Shown: piece by piece, positions 38,832 through 48,905 of the stretch
How the letters are laid out: each line of letters starts with the position of its first letter
Position numbering within the stretch: the stretch's first letter is position 1
DNA from: an uncultured Chloroflexia bacterium
GTDB taxonomy: Bacteria; Chloroflexota; Limnocylindria; Limnocylindrales; CSP1-4
Assembly (NCBI GenBank): GCA_963719285.1
Contig: CAVRBO010000001.1
Span: 966,918-1,030,917 of the forward strand
Reading direction: 5' to 3'
Length of the DNA stretch: 64,000 nt
Translations under genes and position numbers: made by a program
Notes under the pieces: generated by a model
What the model saw: the letters and a program-made list of their open reading frames with translations, nothing else
Databases searched by the model: none
What the model was told of the DNA's origin: nothing

Positions 38832-40091
38832 TCAGGGCACCGGCGACTGGGGCGGGAACGACGGCGACGACGACGGGGTCGGCTCGGGGACCGTGATCGT
38901 CACCGTCACCCGGGGCGGGCTGACCGCGATGAGCGTGATCCCCGCCGGGAGCGTCGTCTTGAGGGCCAGCTGGTGCGACCCGGCGCCCAGGCCGTCGACG
39001 TCCGCGGTCACCACGAGCGCGTCGCCCCGCAGACCGCCCAGCGCCGCGGCCGTGCCGCCCAGCGTGACGAGGACCTGGTCGGTCGTGAGGGCGTAGATCC
39101 GGTCGGCCTGGGCGCCGGACAGGACGACGCCCACGCTGAACGTGCGCGTCGCCTGGGTCGCCTCGATCGTGGCGGTGATCCGGACCGTCGAGATGCCCAG
39201 CACGTCGACCCCGTCGGGCAGCACGAGCCCGACGCTGCCGGTGACGTTGGCCCGGGCGCCGCTGATCGACAACGGGAGCGTGTCGATCTTGGTGAGCGCG
39301 TCGAGGATCTCGGCATCACCCTCGAGGGTGACCGTCGGCGTGTCGAGGGTCACGCCGGTCAGCTCGAATCCGTTCGCCGGCGTGCCGGTCACGATCGCGT
39401 TGATCGGCAGCGGCCGGCTCGTCAGCAGGCTGCCGATCCGGATCGTCACGTGGACGCTGGAGGGCTTGAGGGTGACCGGGCTGACCTCGACGCCGCGGAC
39501 GTCCACCGCCACGAGGTCGACCTGCTGGTCGACCTTCAGCCCGCTCGGATCGATCCGGACACGGGCGACGGCGGCCACGACCTGGTTCACCGCGGACTGG
39601 GTACCCGAGACCGTGACCTGGCTCGTGTCCAGGACCGGATCGCGCACGTCGAGGCCGGGCGGCTTGGTCCCACTGTCGACCTGGACGGGGACGGTCTTCG
39701 AGGTGAGCGGATCGAGCCGGACGGAGATCTGTCGAGGCGTCCAGTCGAGCACCTGGATCTGGGGGTCGGCCGCGCTCACGTTGACCTTGACGACGAGGTC
39801 GTTCGAGCTGTCCGGGGTCGTGCTCGCGAGGTCGATCCAGGCCGTGAACGAGGTACTCCCGACGCGGCTGGCCAGGTCGGCCGGGGCGAAGTAGCGGACG
39901 CTCGTCACGTACTGCACGCCGCTCAGATACGCGGTCTGGGCGGGCTGGTTGCGGACGTCGATGGGGATCTGGACCCGCGCCTCCTTGGAGTTCTGGGCGA
40001 GCACGAGGCCCACATACAGGAGCGAGGCGAGCGCCACTGCGGCCACCTTCAGCGGCCAGTTATGGGTGATGATCGAGAGGGCGCGCGTCAC
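38832..40091 (-). CDS. cdaR: YbbR-domain protein, CdaA regulatory protein CdaR
   Basis: 419 aa with N-terminal TM helix and repeated YbbR-like beta modules; between cdaA and glmM as in B. subtilis. Confidence 0.7.
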   Translation of the reverse strand: MTRALSIITHNWPLKVAAVALASLLYVGLVLAQNSKEARVQIPIDVRNQPAQTAYLSGVQYVTSVRYFAPADLASRVGSTSFTAWIDLASTTPDSSNDLVVKVNVSAADPQIQVLDWTPRQISVRLDPLTSKTVPVQVDSGTKPPGLDVRDPVLDTSQVTVSGTQSAVNQVVAAVARVRIDPSGLKVDQQVDLVAVDVRGVEVSPVTLKPSSVHVTIRIGSLLTSRPLPINAIVTGTPANGFELTGVTLDTPTVTLEGDAEILDALTKIDTLPLSISGARANVTGSVGLVLPDGVDVLGISTVRITATIEATQATRTFSVGVVLSGAQADRIYALTTDQVLVTLGGTAAALGGLRGDALVVTADVDGLGAGSHQLALKTTLPAGITLIAVSPPRVTVTITVPEPTPSSSPSFPPQSPVP

Positions 40092-41062
40092 CGCGGAGCG
40101 TGGACCACCGGCGTCACGGCCGGATCGTCATCGGGCCGGTCGGGGCCGCGATCCGCGGGCCGGTCCGGGCCCTTCGGCCGCCGGCGCACGGCCCGGCCGA
40201 GCTCGGTCAGCCGGGGCGCCCGACCGCCGCCAACGGAACCCTGACCGGTGGCCGCCCGGAACCCGAGGATCGAGCGGCGACCGGCCGATGGATCGAGGAG
40301 CGCGGTCAGGGCGCGGGCGAGCTGGCCCTCGGACAGGTTGCGGACGATCCGGGCACGCTCCACGAGGCTGACCTGACTGTTCTCCTCGGACACGACGACG
40401 ACGACCGCGTCGGTCTGCTCCGTGATGCCCAGGGCGGCCCGGTGGCGGGTACCGAAGCGCTCGGTGTGGATCGTCGTCTCGGCCAGCGGCAGGAGCGCGC
40501 CGGCGGCGAGGACGGTCTCGTCGCGCACGATGACGGCGCCGTCGTGGAGCGCCGTGCGGGGCATGAAGATCGTCTGGAGCAGGTCGACCGACAGGTCGCC
40601 ATGGATCATGACCCCGGTCTCGGCGATCTCCTCGAGCCCGGTCTCCCGTTCCAGGACGATGAGCGCGCCGTGGCCGTCGGCCGACAGGCGGATCGCGGCG
40701 TGAGCGACGATCCCGGCGACCTGCTCGGCGCTCCGGCGCTCGGCCGGCGACATGAGCCAGGCGAGCGAGCCCACGCGGCCGATCCGCTCGAGGGCGCGCC
40801 GCAACTCGGGCTGGAAGACCACGACCAGCGCGAACAGGCCGACGACGGCGCCCGTCTGGAGGATCTGGGACAGCAGGCGCAGGTCGAACGCCTGGGCCGC
40901 CGCGTACACCGCGAACAGGACACTCACCCCGATGACGAGCCGGACGGCGCGTGTCCCGCGGATCAGGCTGAACAGCCAGTAGATGAGGACCGCGGTGATC
41001 CCGACGTCGACCAGGGTCGCCGGTCGGACCTGATCGAGGATCGACTGGACGAGTTGGGACAT
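40088..41062 (-). CDS. cdaA: diadenylate cyclase CdaA (DacA)
   Basis: three N-terminal TM helices then DAC domain with HDGAVIV (DGA) and GTRHRAA (RHR) motifs. Confidence 0.85.
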   Translation of the reverse strand: MSQLVQSILDQVRPATLVDVGITAVLIYWLFSLIRGTRAVRLVIGVSVLFAVYAAAQAFDLRLLSQILQTGAVVGLFALVVVFQPELRRALERIGRVGSLAWLMSPAERRSAEQVAGIVAHAAIRLSADGHGALIVLERETGLEEIAETGVMIHGDLSVDLLQTIFMPRTALHDGAVIVRDETVLAAGALLPLAETTIHTERFGTRHRAALGITEQTDAVVVVVSEENSQVSLVERARIVRNLSEGQLARALTALLDPSAGRRSILGFRAATGQGSVGGGRAPRLTELGRAVRRRPKGPDRPADRGPDRPDDDPAVTPVVHAPR

Positions 41063-41182
41063 CGGCCAGAGTGTAGCATCGCCCATTCGGCCGACCGCCC
41101 GCTCCCGCTCGGTCGGCACGCCCGGATCGCATCGTCTCCCCGCACCGTCCGGCGCCCCGGCCGGGCATCCGCGTCGCGCCCG

Positions 41183-42151
41183 TCAGGCGCAGATGGCGGT
41201 GAGTCGGGGGTCGTCGGAGAAGCGCGCCGAGACCATCGAGCAGAGGCGCTCGCGGGCCGGACCGTCGCCGTCGAGATCGATCAACCGGCTGAGCAGGAGG
41301 AGCTTCTCCGCGGCCGGGGCGCGCCAGCCGCGCGAGAGATAGAGCTCGGCGAGCGCCAGGTGGAGGTCGGTGTCGGACGGGGCGACCGCCAGCGCGCCAT
41401 AGCACGCGTCCAGCGCGGCGGCGAACCGGCCTCCGGCCCGGTGGGCGGCCGCGACGGCCAGTAGCTTCTCGCGGGCCAGTTCGTTGTCGCCGGCGTCGAG
41501 CGCGGCCTCGGCCTCGAGGGCGAGCGCCGCGGCGTCGGCTGGCGGTACCTCGGGCGGAGCCTCCGGGGGTTCGACGGCGACGTCGGTGACCGGGGCGCCG
41601 GCCGCCTCGCCCGGCACGGCCGGGGCGGTCGGTCGGGCGAGTGCCGGCGCGGTCCCCTCGAGCACCCGCAGCGCGCGGGCGAGGGCCTGTTCGGCGGCCT
41701 TGTCGCCGACGGCCGACCGAAGGGCTTCGGTGAGCTCCTCGACGTGGCGGCGGCGGCTCTTGGACTCGGCCTGCTCGAGCGCCCGGCGGGCCGTGTCGCA
41801 GGCTTCGGCGACACGACCGGCCGCCTCATGGAGGTCGGCCAGGATATCGAACGCCTCCGCCGCGTCGGTCCGTCGGCCGAGCCTGGCCAGGGCCTCGGCG
41901 CGGCCGCCCAGTGCGCCCGCGTCGCGCGGCGCGAGCTTGAGCGCCACCTCGTAACCGGTCAGCGCCTCGTCGAGCCGGCCGAGCCGCACGAGGATGCCGG
42001 CCCGGCTCACGTGGGCGAGCGGCCGGTCCGGGGCAAGTTCGGCCGCCTCGCCGTACGCCTCCAGGGCCGCCTGGGGGTGTCCGCGGAGGGCGTTGACGTG
42101 GCCCCTTCGGAGGGCGTCCTTGTAGCGCTCGTAGAGGATCTCGGTCGTCAC
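41183..42151 (-). CDS. tetratricopeptide (TPR) repeat protein
   Basis: 322 aa of repeated A/L/Y-rich 34-residue TPR-like units (AEAYGEAAELAPD..., ALKLAPRDAGALGGRAEALARLGR...). Confidence 0.6.
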   Translation of the reverse strand: MTTEILYERYKDALRRGHVNALRGHPQAALEAYGEAAELAPDRPLAHVSRAGILVRLGRLDEALTGYEVALKLAPRDAGALGGRAEALARLGRRTDAAEAFDILADLHEAAGRVAEACDTARRALEQAESKSRRRHVEELTEALRSAVGDKAAEQALARALRVLEGTAPALARPTAPAVPGEAAGAPVTDVAVEPPEAPPEVPPADAAALALEAEAALDAGDNELAREKLLAVAAAHRAGGRFAAALDACYGALAVAPSDTDLHLALAELYLSRGWRAPAAEKLLLLSRLIDLDGDGPARERLCSMVSARFSDDPRLTAICA

Positions 42152-43113
42152 GTCCGGGGTCCCACGATCTCGGCCAGCAGGCCCTTCTGGGCGTGAAGCC
42201 GGTTCTCGCTCTGGGCCCAGATGAGGCTCCGGGGCCCGTCCATGACCTCGTCGCTGATCTCCTCACCGCGATGGGCGGGCAGGCAGTGCATCACGACGGC
42301 CTCCGGGCCTGCGTCATCGAGCAGCGCCGCGTCGACCCGGTACCTGGCGAACGCGTAGCGCCGGACGGCCGTCTCGGCCTCCTGGCCCATCGACGTCCAC
42401 GAATCGGTGTACACGACCGCCGCCCCGCGGACCAGGTCGCGCGGTTCGCGGCCGATGACGATCCGGCCGCCCGTCGCCGCTGCGAGTTCTTCCGCGCGAG
42501 CGACGATGGCCGGGTCGGGTCCGTAGCCCTCCGGATGGGCCAGCCGGACCTCCAGGCCGAAGGTCGCCCCGGCCAGGGCGAGCGAGTGGAACACGTTGTT
42601 CCCGTCCCCGACGAACGCCAGGACGAGGCCGTCCAGGCTGCCGAAGCGCTCGCGCAGCGTGAGCAGGTCGGCCAGCGCCTGGCACGGGTGCTCGCGCAGG
42701 GTCAGCGCGTTGATGACCGGGATCGACGCCTCCACGGCGAGCTGCTCGACGACGTCATGGGCGGTCATGCGGGCCATGATGCCCTCGACGAACCGCTCGA
42801 GGTTGTGGGCCACGTCGCCGACGGTCTCGCGCTTGCCGAGCCCCACGTCGCCGGCCGCGAGGTACACCCCGTGGCCCCCGAGCTGGGTCATCCCGGCCTC
42901 GAACGTGACCCGCGTGCGGAGGCTCGGGTGCTCGAACAGCATCGCCAGGGTCCGGCCGCGGAGCGGCGGGTCGGCATGGACACCGGCCGCGAGGTACTCG
43001 GCCTTGAGCTCGGTCGCGTGGGCGAACACCCGCTCGACCGCCGCCCGGTCGAGGTCGGCGAAGCTGACGAAGTCGCGTCCTCGGAGCGTGGCCGCCGCAG
43101 GGGCGGACGTCAT
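42148..43113 (-). CDS. argF: ornithine carbamoyltransferase
   Basis: SLRTR carbamoyl-phosphate motif, HCLPAHRGEE and DSWTSMG ornithine-binding motifs. Confidence 0.85.
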   Translation of the reverse strand: MTSAPAAATLRGRDFVSFADLDRAAVERVFAHATELKAEYLAAGVHADPPLRGRTLAMLFEHPSLRTRVTFEAGMTQLGGHGVYLAAGDVGLGKRETVGDVAHNLERFVEGIMARMTAHDVVEQLAVEASIPVINALTLREHPCQALADLLTLRERFGSLDGLVLAFVGDGNNVFHSLALAGATFGLEVRLAHPEGYGPDPAIVARAEELAAATGGRIVIGREPRDLVRGAAVVYTDSWTSMGQEAETAVRRYAFARYRVDAALLDDAGPEAVVMHCLPAHRGEEISDEVMDGPRSLIWAQSENRLHAQKGLLAEIVGPRT

Positions 43114-43171
43114 CGCCGAGCTCCCGGGAACGACACCCGAGCGAAGGCGCCGGGGGGGCCCGGCGCACGGA

Positions 43172-43192
43172 GCCCCGAGCCACGCTCGGGGC
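43172..43192 (-). terminator. GC-rich stem-loop downstream of rpsI (gccccgag ccacg ctcggggc)
   Basis: 8-bp perfect stem about 20 nt after the rpsI stop; no U-tract (typical for high-GC genomes). Confidence 0.35.
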
Positions 43193-43209
43193 CGGCCGTG
43201 CTCACGTCC

Positions 43210-43611
43210 CTAGCGCTTGGTGTACTGCGGCGCCTTGCGGGCTCGCTTGAGGCCGTACTTCTTGCGCTCCTTCATCCGCGGATCGCGGGTGAGCAGGCCG
43301 GCCTGGCGCAGCGGCACGCGGTGCGCGTCGGGATCGAGCTGGAGGAGGGCGCGGGCGATGCCGTGGCGGATCGCGCCGGCCTGGCCGGTCACGCCGCCGC
43401 CCTCGACCTTGATCATCGCGTTGTAGCGGCCCTCCGTGCCGGTGACCCGGAACGGCATCCGCAGGTCCGCCTCGTTGACGGCATTGCCGAAGTGCTCGAC
43501 CAGAGTCCGGCCGTTGACGACGATCTCACCCTCGCCCGGCAGGAGCCGGACGCGGGCGACGGCGGTCTTGCGGCGACCGGTCCCGAACGAGAAGGCGGTG
43601 GGGGTGCTCAT
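43210..43611 (-). CDS. rpsI: 30S ribosomal protein S9
   Basis: C-terminal ...RKAPQYTKR and [19 protein letters not shown]. Confidence 0.9.
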   Translation of the reverse strand: MSTPTAFSFGTGRRKTAVARVRLLPGEGEIVVNGRTLVEHFGNAVNEADLRMPFRVTGTEGRYNAMIKVEGGGVTGQAGAIRHGIARALLQLDPDAHRVPLRQAGLLTRDPRMKERKKYGLKRARKAPQYTKR

Positions 43612-43627
43612 AAGGTCGGGCTCCTCG

Positions 43628-44059
43628 TCAGGCCAGTGGTTCCGGCCGCTGGGCCTGGTGCGGGTGGTCGGATCCGGGGTAGATCTTCAGCTTGCGGAGC
43701 TGCTGGGCGCCGAGGCGGTTGTGGGGCAGCATGCCCTTGACGGCGCGGCGCAGGACCTCCTCCGGCCGGCGGGCGAGAAGGTGACCGAGCGTCTCCTCCT
43801 TGTAGCCCTGGGGGTGTCCGCTGTGACGGGAGTAGATCTTCGTTTCGAGCTTGTCGCGGGTCACGGTGATCAGCGAGGCGTTGAGGATGATGACGTGGTC
43901 GCCGGAATCGAGATTGGGCGTGTAGGTGGGCTTGTCCTTGCCCTCGAGGACACGGGCGACCCGCGTGGCGAGGCGGCCGAGCGTCTGGCCCGTCGCGTCG
44001 ACGAGGTACCAGCGGCGGTCGATCTCGCTCTCGCGCAGCGTGTACGTCTTGGCGTTCAT
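43628..44059 (-). CDS. rplM: 50S ribosomal protein L13
   Basis: [31 protein letters not shown]. Confidence 0.9.
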   Translation of the reverse strand: MNAKTYTLRESEIDRRWYLVDATGQTLGRLATRVARVLEGKDKPTYTPNLDSGDHVIILNASLITVTRDKLETKIYSRHSGHPQGYKEETLGHLLARRPEEVLRRAVKGMLPHNRLGAQQLRKLKIYPGSDHPHQAQRPEPLA

Positions 44060-44823
44060 CGGTCTCCGTGTTCTCCGTTCGATCCGGCGGCCCGGCGTCC
44101 CATGACGACCCGCCGCAGCGTGAGCCCTTTCGCCGGGGCCATCGCCCCGTCGAGCGCCGGTCGATCGGCGTCGAGCGCCGCGGCGACCGCCGCTTCATCC
44201 ATCTGTCCGCGGCCGACCTCCAGGAGGACGGCCATCATCCGGCGGACCATCCCGCGGAGGAAGGCGTCTCCCGCGACGTCGACCGTCACGAGCGACCCCG
44301 CCCGCCGCACCCGGACCCAGTGGAGGGTCCGGACCGGCTGCCGGTCCGCTGCCCCGAAGGCGGAGAAGTCGTGCCGGCCGATGAAGACCTGCCCGGCTCG
44401 CGCCATCGCGGCGATGTCGAGTGGGTCCCGCACCCCGAGCGCGAAGCGCTCGTGGAGTGGGCTCCGCGGCCCGTTCCAGACGGTGTAGCGGTATTCCCGA
44501 TACCGCGCCGCGAATCGAGGGTGGAACCCCGCCGGAGCCCGTCGCAATCCATGGATCGCGATGTCCGCCGGGAGGAGCGCTCCGAGCGCCCTGCCCAGCT
44601 CCGCCACCGAGAGCCGGCCGTCGTAGGTGAACGCGATCACCTGTCCGCTGGCATGCACCCCGGCGTCGGTCCGGCCGGCCCCGTCGACCCGAAGCCGCCG
44701 TCCGCCCGCCAATCGGGCGAGAGCCGCTTCGAGCTCCCCCTGGACCGTTCGAGCCCCAGGCTGGACCTGGAACCCGGCGAGATCCGTTCCGTCGTATTCC
44801 ACCCGTGCCCTGATGCGCACGAG
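44056..44823 (-). CDS. truA: tRNA pseudouridine(38-40) synthase
   Basis: VEYDGTDLAGFQVQPG and RTDAGVHASGQV catalytic Asp motif; start approximate. Confidence 0.75.
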   Translation of the reverse strand, partial: LVRIRARVEYDGTDLAGFQVQPGARTVQGELEAALARLAGGRRLRVDGAGRTDAGVHASGQVIAFTYDGRLSVAELGRALGALLPADIAIHGLRRAPAGFHPRFAARYREYRYTVWNGPRSPLHERFALGVRDPLDIAAMARAGQVFIGRHDFSAFGAADRQPVRTLHWVRVRRAGSLVTVDVAGDAFLRGMVRRMMAVLLEVGRGQMDEAAVAAALDADRPALDGAMAPAKGLTLRRVVMGRRAAGSNGEHGDR

Positions 44824-44857
44824 CGCGCCCTCTCGGACGCCCGTCACGTCGAGCCCG

Positions 44858-45211
44858 TCAGACGAGCTCGATCTGGACCATCTCTGCCGCATCGCCGAGG
44901 CGCGGGCCGATCCGGGTGATCCGGGTGAACCCGGAGCTCCGATCGGCGTACTTCGGGGCGATCTCGTCGAAGAGCTTGTCGACGACGAGTGGCTCGTTCG
45001 GGAAGGCCGCGACGACCGCCCGGCGAGCCGAGAGGTCGCCGCGCTTGGCGATCGTGATCACGTGGTCGACCTGGCCGCGGATCTCCTTGGCCTTCGCCTC
45101 GGTGGTCTTGACGCGTTCATAGCGCAGGACCGCCACGGTCAGGGCCTTGTACAGCGCGAGTCGCGGACCCATCTTGCGGCTGAGCTTGCGACCGTCGATC
45201 CGGTGGGCCAT
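44858..45211 (-). CDS. rplQ: 50S ribosomal protein L17
   Basis: MAHRIDGRKLSRKMGPRLALYKAL. Confidence 0.9.
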   Translation of the reverse strand: MAHRIDGRKLSRKMGPRLALYKALTVAVLRYERVKTTEAKAKEIRGQVDHVITIAKRGDLSARRAVVAAFPNEPLVVDKLFDEIAPKYADRSSGFTRITRIGPRLGDAAEMVQIELV

Positions 45212-45269
45212 GGGTCAGGCGTCCTCGCCCTCATCCTCGAACGGCTCGTCGGCATCGATGCCCTCGAGG

Positions 45270-46211
45270 TCATCCGATTTCGGAGTCGGGGACGATGAAG
45301 CCGCGCATCCGGAGGCGCTCCTTCATCTCGTCGAGCGACTTCTTGCCGAAATTGCGCATCCGGAGCAGGTCGTCGTCGGAGAGCTGGAGCAGCTGGCCGA
45401 CCTTGACGATGTTGTTGCGCTTGAGCGAGTTGTAGGCCCGCATCGGCAGATCGAGCTCCTCGATCGGCATGTCGAGCATGTTCGGAGGCAGGGCCGGGGC
45501 GCCGCTCGCGGCGCCGGCGACCGCGAGCGCCGGCATGCCGACCGCGACGAAGTGCTGGAACTCGTCGACCAGGCGTCCGGCGGCCCGCGACAGGGCCTCC
45601 TCCGGCGAGATGGTCCCGTCGGTCTCGATCTCGATCGTGAGCTTGTCGTGGTTGGTGTCCTGGCCGACCCGCACGCTGTCGATCCAGTAGTTCACCTTGC
45701 GGACCGGGGTGAAGATCGCGTCGACCGCGATCACGCCGATCGGCAGCGCCTCGGCGCGCTCGGCGCCGATGTAGCCGACGCCCCGCTCGACCGTCAGGTC
45801 GAGTTCGATCGTCACGTCGTCCTTGTCGATCGTCATGAGCAGCTGGTCGGGGTTCACGATCTCGACATCGGCCGACTCGGCGATGTCGGCGGCCACGACG
45901 GGCCCGGCGCCGCTCTTGATGAGCCGGAGCTGGACCGGGTGGCTGGCGAAGCTCTTGAGGCGCAGCTTCTTGACGTTCAGCACGATCTGGGTGACGTCCT
46001 CCTTGACGCCCGGGATCGTGGAGAACTCCTGGTAGACGTCGCGGATCTGGATCGACGTGACCGCGGCGCCCTCGAGCGAGGACAGCAGGACGCGCCGGAG
46101 CGCGTTGCCGATGGTGACGCCGTAGCCGGCTTCGAGCGGGCCGGCTTCGTACTTGGCGTAGAAGCCCATTTCCTCGATGGATTCGATCTGTGGGCTCTCG
46201 AGTTCGATCAT
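45270..46211 (-). CDS. rpoA: DNA-directed RNA polymerase subunit alpha
   Basis: 313 aa, N-terminal dimerisation domain and C-terminal ...PIEELDLPMRAYNSLKR CTD. Confidence 0.9.
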   Translation of the reverse strand: MIELESPQIESIEEMGFYAKYEAGPLEAGYGVTIGNALRRVLLSSLEGAAVTSIQIRDVYQEFSTIPGVKEDVTQIVLNVKKLRLKSFASHPVQLRLIKSGAGPVVAADIAESADVEIVNPDQLLMTIDKDDVTIELDLTVERGVGYIGAERAEALPIGVIAVDAIFTPVRKVNYWIDSVRVGQDTNHDKLTIEIETDGTISPEEALSRAAGRLVDEFQHFVAVGMPALAVAGAASGAPALPPNMLDMPIEELDLPMRAYNSLKRNNIVKVGQLLQLSDDDLLRMRNFGKKSLDEMKERLRMRGFIVPDSEIG

Positions 46212-46221
46212 GGTTCGGGGC

Positions 46222-46848
46222 TTACCTCGAGTAGTACTCGACGACGAGCTGCTCGTTGAGGTCGAGCGGCATCTGGTCTCGGCGGGGAAGGTCGGCGACG
46301 GATCCGGCGAGCTTCGCCGCGTCGACGGTGAGCCACTCCGGGCTCTGGTGGGAACGGAGGGTCTCCTTGGCGAGGGCGAACGGCTCGCGGGTCGCGCGGG
46401 ATCCGCGGACCTCGACCCGGTCGCCGGACTTGAGCTGGTAGGACGGGATGTCCGTGGGCCGGCCGTTCACCGCGAAGTGACCGTGGCACACGAGCTGGCG
46501 GGCCTGGGCGCGCGAGGTCGCGAAGCCCATCCGGAAGACGACGTTGTCGAGCCGGAGCTCGAGCATCCGGAGGAGGTTCTCGCCGGTGATGCCCGGGCGG
46601 GCATCGGCGGTCTCGAAGTAGTTCTTGAACTGGCGTTCGAGGACCGAGTAGACGCGCCGGACCTTCTGCTTCTCGCGCAGCTGCATCCCGAACTCACCGA
46701 CCTTGCGGCGGCGGACGCCGTGCTGGCCGGGCGGGGTGGGCCGACGCTCGAAGGCGCACTTCTTGGTATAGCAGCGGCTGCCCTTCAGGAAGAGCTTGGC
46801 GCCCTCCCGACGGCAGAGGCGGCAGACGGAACCGGTGTAACGGGCCAT
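46222..46848 (-). CDS. rpsD: 30S ribosomal protein S4
   Basis: MARYTGSVCRLCRREGAKLFLKGSRCYTKKCAFERR zinc-finger N-terminus. Confidence 0.9.
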   Translation of the reverse strand: MARYTGSVCRLCRREGAKLFLKGSRCYTKKCAFERRPTPPGQHGVRRRKVGEFGMQLREKQKVRRVYSVLERQFKNYFETADARPGITGENLLRMLELRLDNVVFRMGFATSRAQARQLVCHGHFAVNGRPTDIPSYQLKSGDRVEVRGSRATREPFALAKETLRSHQSPEWLTVDAAKLAGSVADLPRRDQMPLDLNEQLVVEYYSR

Positions 46849-46866
46849 GGGGTTCGGTGTCCTGGC

Positions 46867-47262
46867 TCAGACCCGGCGCCGCTTGGGCGCGCGGCAGCCG
46901 TTGTGGGGGATGGGGGTGACGTCGGTGATCGCGGAGACCTCGAGGCCGGCGGCCTGGAGCGAGCGGATCGCCTGCTCGCGGCCGGCGCCCGGGCCCTTCA
47001 CGAAGACCTCGACCTGGCGCATGCCGTGCTCCATCGCACGCTTGGCGGCGCCGTCGGCCGAGAGCGCGGCCGCGTACGGGGTGCTCTTGCGCGAGCCCTT
47101 GAACCCGGCCACGCCGGCCGAGCCCCAGCTCACCACCGCGCCACCGAGATCGGTGATCGTGATGATCGTGTTATTGAACGTCGCCTGGATGTGGACGTGC
47201 CCCTGGGGCACGTTCTTCTTCTCCTTGCGACGCTGCTTGAGCGCCCGCTTGCGTTCCGCCAT
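46867..47262 (-). CDS. rpsK: 30S ribosomal protein S11
   Basis: [18 protein letters not shown] signature. Confidence 0.9.
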   Translation of the reverse strand: MAERKRALKQRRKEKKNVPQGHVHIQATFNNTIITITDLGGAVVSWGSAGVAGFKGSRKSTPYAAALSADGAAKRAMEHGMRQVEVFVKGPGAGREQAIRSLQAAGLEVSAITDVTPIPHNGCRAPKRRRV

Positions 47263-47280
47263 ACGGTGCGTCCGTCCTCG

Positions 47281-47652
47281 CTACTTCTTGCGCCGCACGC
47301 CGACGGTCTTCTTGGGACCTCGGCGGGCGCGGGCATTGGTCTTGGTGCGCTGGCCGCGGACCGGCAGGTTGCGCCGGTGGCGCAGGCCGCGGTACGAGCC
47401 GATCTCGATGAGGCGCTTGATGTTCAGGGCGACTTCGCGACGGAGGTCGCCCTCGACCTTGTACCGGCGGTCGATGAGGTCGCGCAGGCGGTTGACCTGC
47501 TCGTCGGTGAGGTCGCGGACCCGGGTGTCCGGGTTGATGTTGGTCTGGGCGAGGACCTTCTGGCTGGTGGGCAGCCCGATCCCGAACACGTACGTGAGTG
47601 CGATCTCCACGCGCTTGTCGCGCGGGACGTCGACGCCTGCGATACGGGCCAT
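47281..47652 (-). CDS. rpsM: 30S ribosomal protein S13
   Basis: [26 protein letters not shown]. Confidence 0.9.
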   Translation of the reverse strand: MARIAGVDVPRDKRVEIALTYVFGIGLPTSQKVLAQTNINPDTRVRDLTDEQVNRLRDLIDRRYKVEGDLRREVALNIKRLIEIGSYRGLRHRRNLPVRGQRTKTNARARRGPKKTVGVRRKK

Positions 47653-47656
47653 CGGA

Positions 47657-47770
47657 TCAGCCCTGCCGCTGCTTGTGCTTTGGATTCGAGCAGATGACCA
47701 TGACCGTCCCGTGACGGCGGATCACCTTGCAGTTGTCGCAGCGCGCCTTGACGGAGGCTCTGACCTTCAC
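47657..47770 (-). CDS. rpmJ: 50S ribosomal protein L36
   Basis: GTG start giving (M)[36 protein letters not shown], zinc-ribbon L36. Confidence 0.8.
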   Translation of the reverse strand: MKVRASVKARCDNCKVIRRHGTVMVICSNPKHKQRQG

Positions 47771-47798
47771 CTGATCCTCGCGATGTCGGAGTGGGCGA

Positions 47799-48017
47799 TC
47801 ACTTGAGTCGGTATGTGATCCGGCCGCGCGTGAGGTCGTACGGCGACAACTCGACGCGGACACGGTCACCCGGCAGGATCCTGATGAAGTTCATCCGGAG
47901 TTTGCCGCTGATGTGAGCCAGGACCCGATGCCCGTTCTCAAGTTCGACGGCGAACATCGTGTTCGGGAGCGGTTCGACGACCGTACCCTCTACTTCGATC
48001 GCGTCCTTCTTGGCCAC
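47799..48017 (-). CDS. infA: translation initiation factor IF-1
   Basis: [41 protein letters not shown]. Confidence 0.9.
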   Translation of the reverse strand: MAKKDAIEVEGTVVEPLPNTMFAVELENGHRVLAHISGKLRMNFIRILPGDRVRVELSPYDLTRGRITYRLK

Positions 48018-48116
48018 GGGCTCGGTGGTTCCCTTTCTCGTGTCGAATGCCGGTCAAGGGACCGGCACACGAACGTGCAGCTTATCAAACCGGCGCCGAT
48101 GCGGCAACCGGCGTGT

Positions 48117-48905
48117 TCAGACGGTGGTCAGGATCTCTGCGCCGCCGTCGGTGATCGCGATGGTGTGCTCGAAATGAGCCGAGAGCGACCCGTCGGCGGT
48201 GACGACGGTCCACCCGTCCGGGAGCACCTTCGTCTCGAACGAGCCGAGGGTGAACATGGGCTCGATGGCGAGACACAGGCCGGGTTCGAGCTTGCGCCCG
48301 GTCCAGCCGGTCCGGTAGTTCGGGACCTGCGGTTCCTCGTGCATCCTGCGGCCGATGCCGTGACCCACGTAGTGGCGGATGACGCCGAAGCCCGCCGGGT
48401 CGGCGATGTCCTGGACGGCGGCGCCGATATCCTCGATATGGTTGCCCGGCCGGGCCGCGGCGATGCCGGCCATCATGGCCAGGCGGGTGCCGTCGACGAG
48501 GGCCCGGGTGGCCTCCGGCGGCTCGGACCCGACGTAGAACGTGCGCGCGCCGTCGCCGTGCCAATCGTCGACGATCGCGCCGGCGTCGACGGACACCACC
48601 ATCCCGTCCCGGATCGTCCGCTCGCCCGGGATGCCGTGGACGATCTCGTCGTCGATGGAGATGCAGATGCTGGCCGGGAACGGCTTGCGCGGGTTGGACC
48701 CCGGGTAGCCCTTGAACGACGGGGTCGCCCCGCTCGCCCGGATGTGGCGCTCGGCCAGGCGGTCGAGCTCGGCGGTCGAGACACCCGGCCGGAGCTCCGA
48801 TTCCACGAGCGCGAGGACCTCGGCGACGACCCGGCCGGCGCGCCGCATCTTGGCGATGTCCGAGGCCGACTTGACCGTGATCTGGCGCGTCCGGGTGAGC
48901 GCCAT
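48117..48905 (-). CDS. map: type I methionine aminopeptidase
   Basis: internal ATG MALTRTRQITVKSASDIAKMRRAGR; HGIGRRMHE and metal-ligand Asp/His/Glu pattern; ATGA overlap with adk stop. Confidence 0.85.
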   Translation of the reverse strand: MALTRTRQITVKSASDIAKMRRAGRVVAEVLALVESELRPGVSTAELDRLAERHIRASGATPSFKGYPGSNPRKPFPASICISIDDEIVHGIPGERTIRDGMVVSVDAGAIVDDWHGDGARTFYVGSEPPEATRALVDGTRLAMMAGIAAARPGNHIEDIGAAVQDIADPAGFGVIRHYVGHGIGRRMHEEPQVPNYRTGWTGRKLEPGLCLAIEPMFTLGSFETKVLPDGWTVVTADGSLSAHFEHTIAITDGGAEILTTV

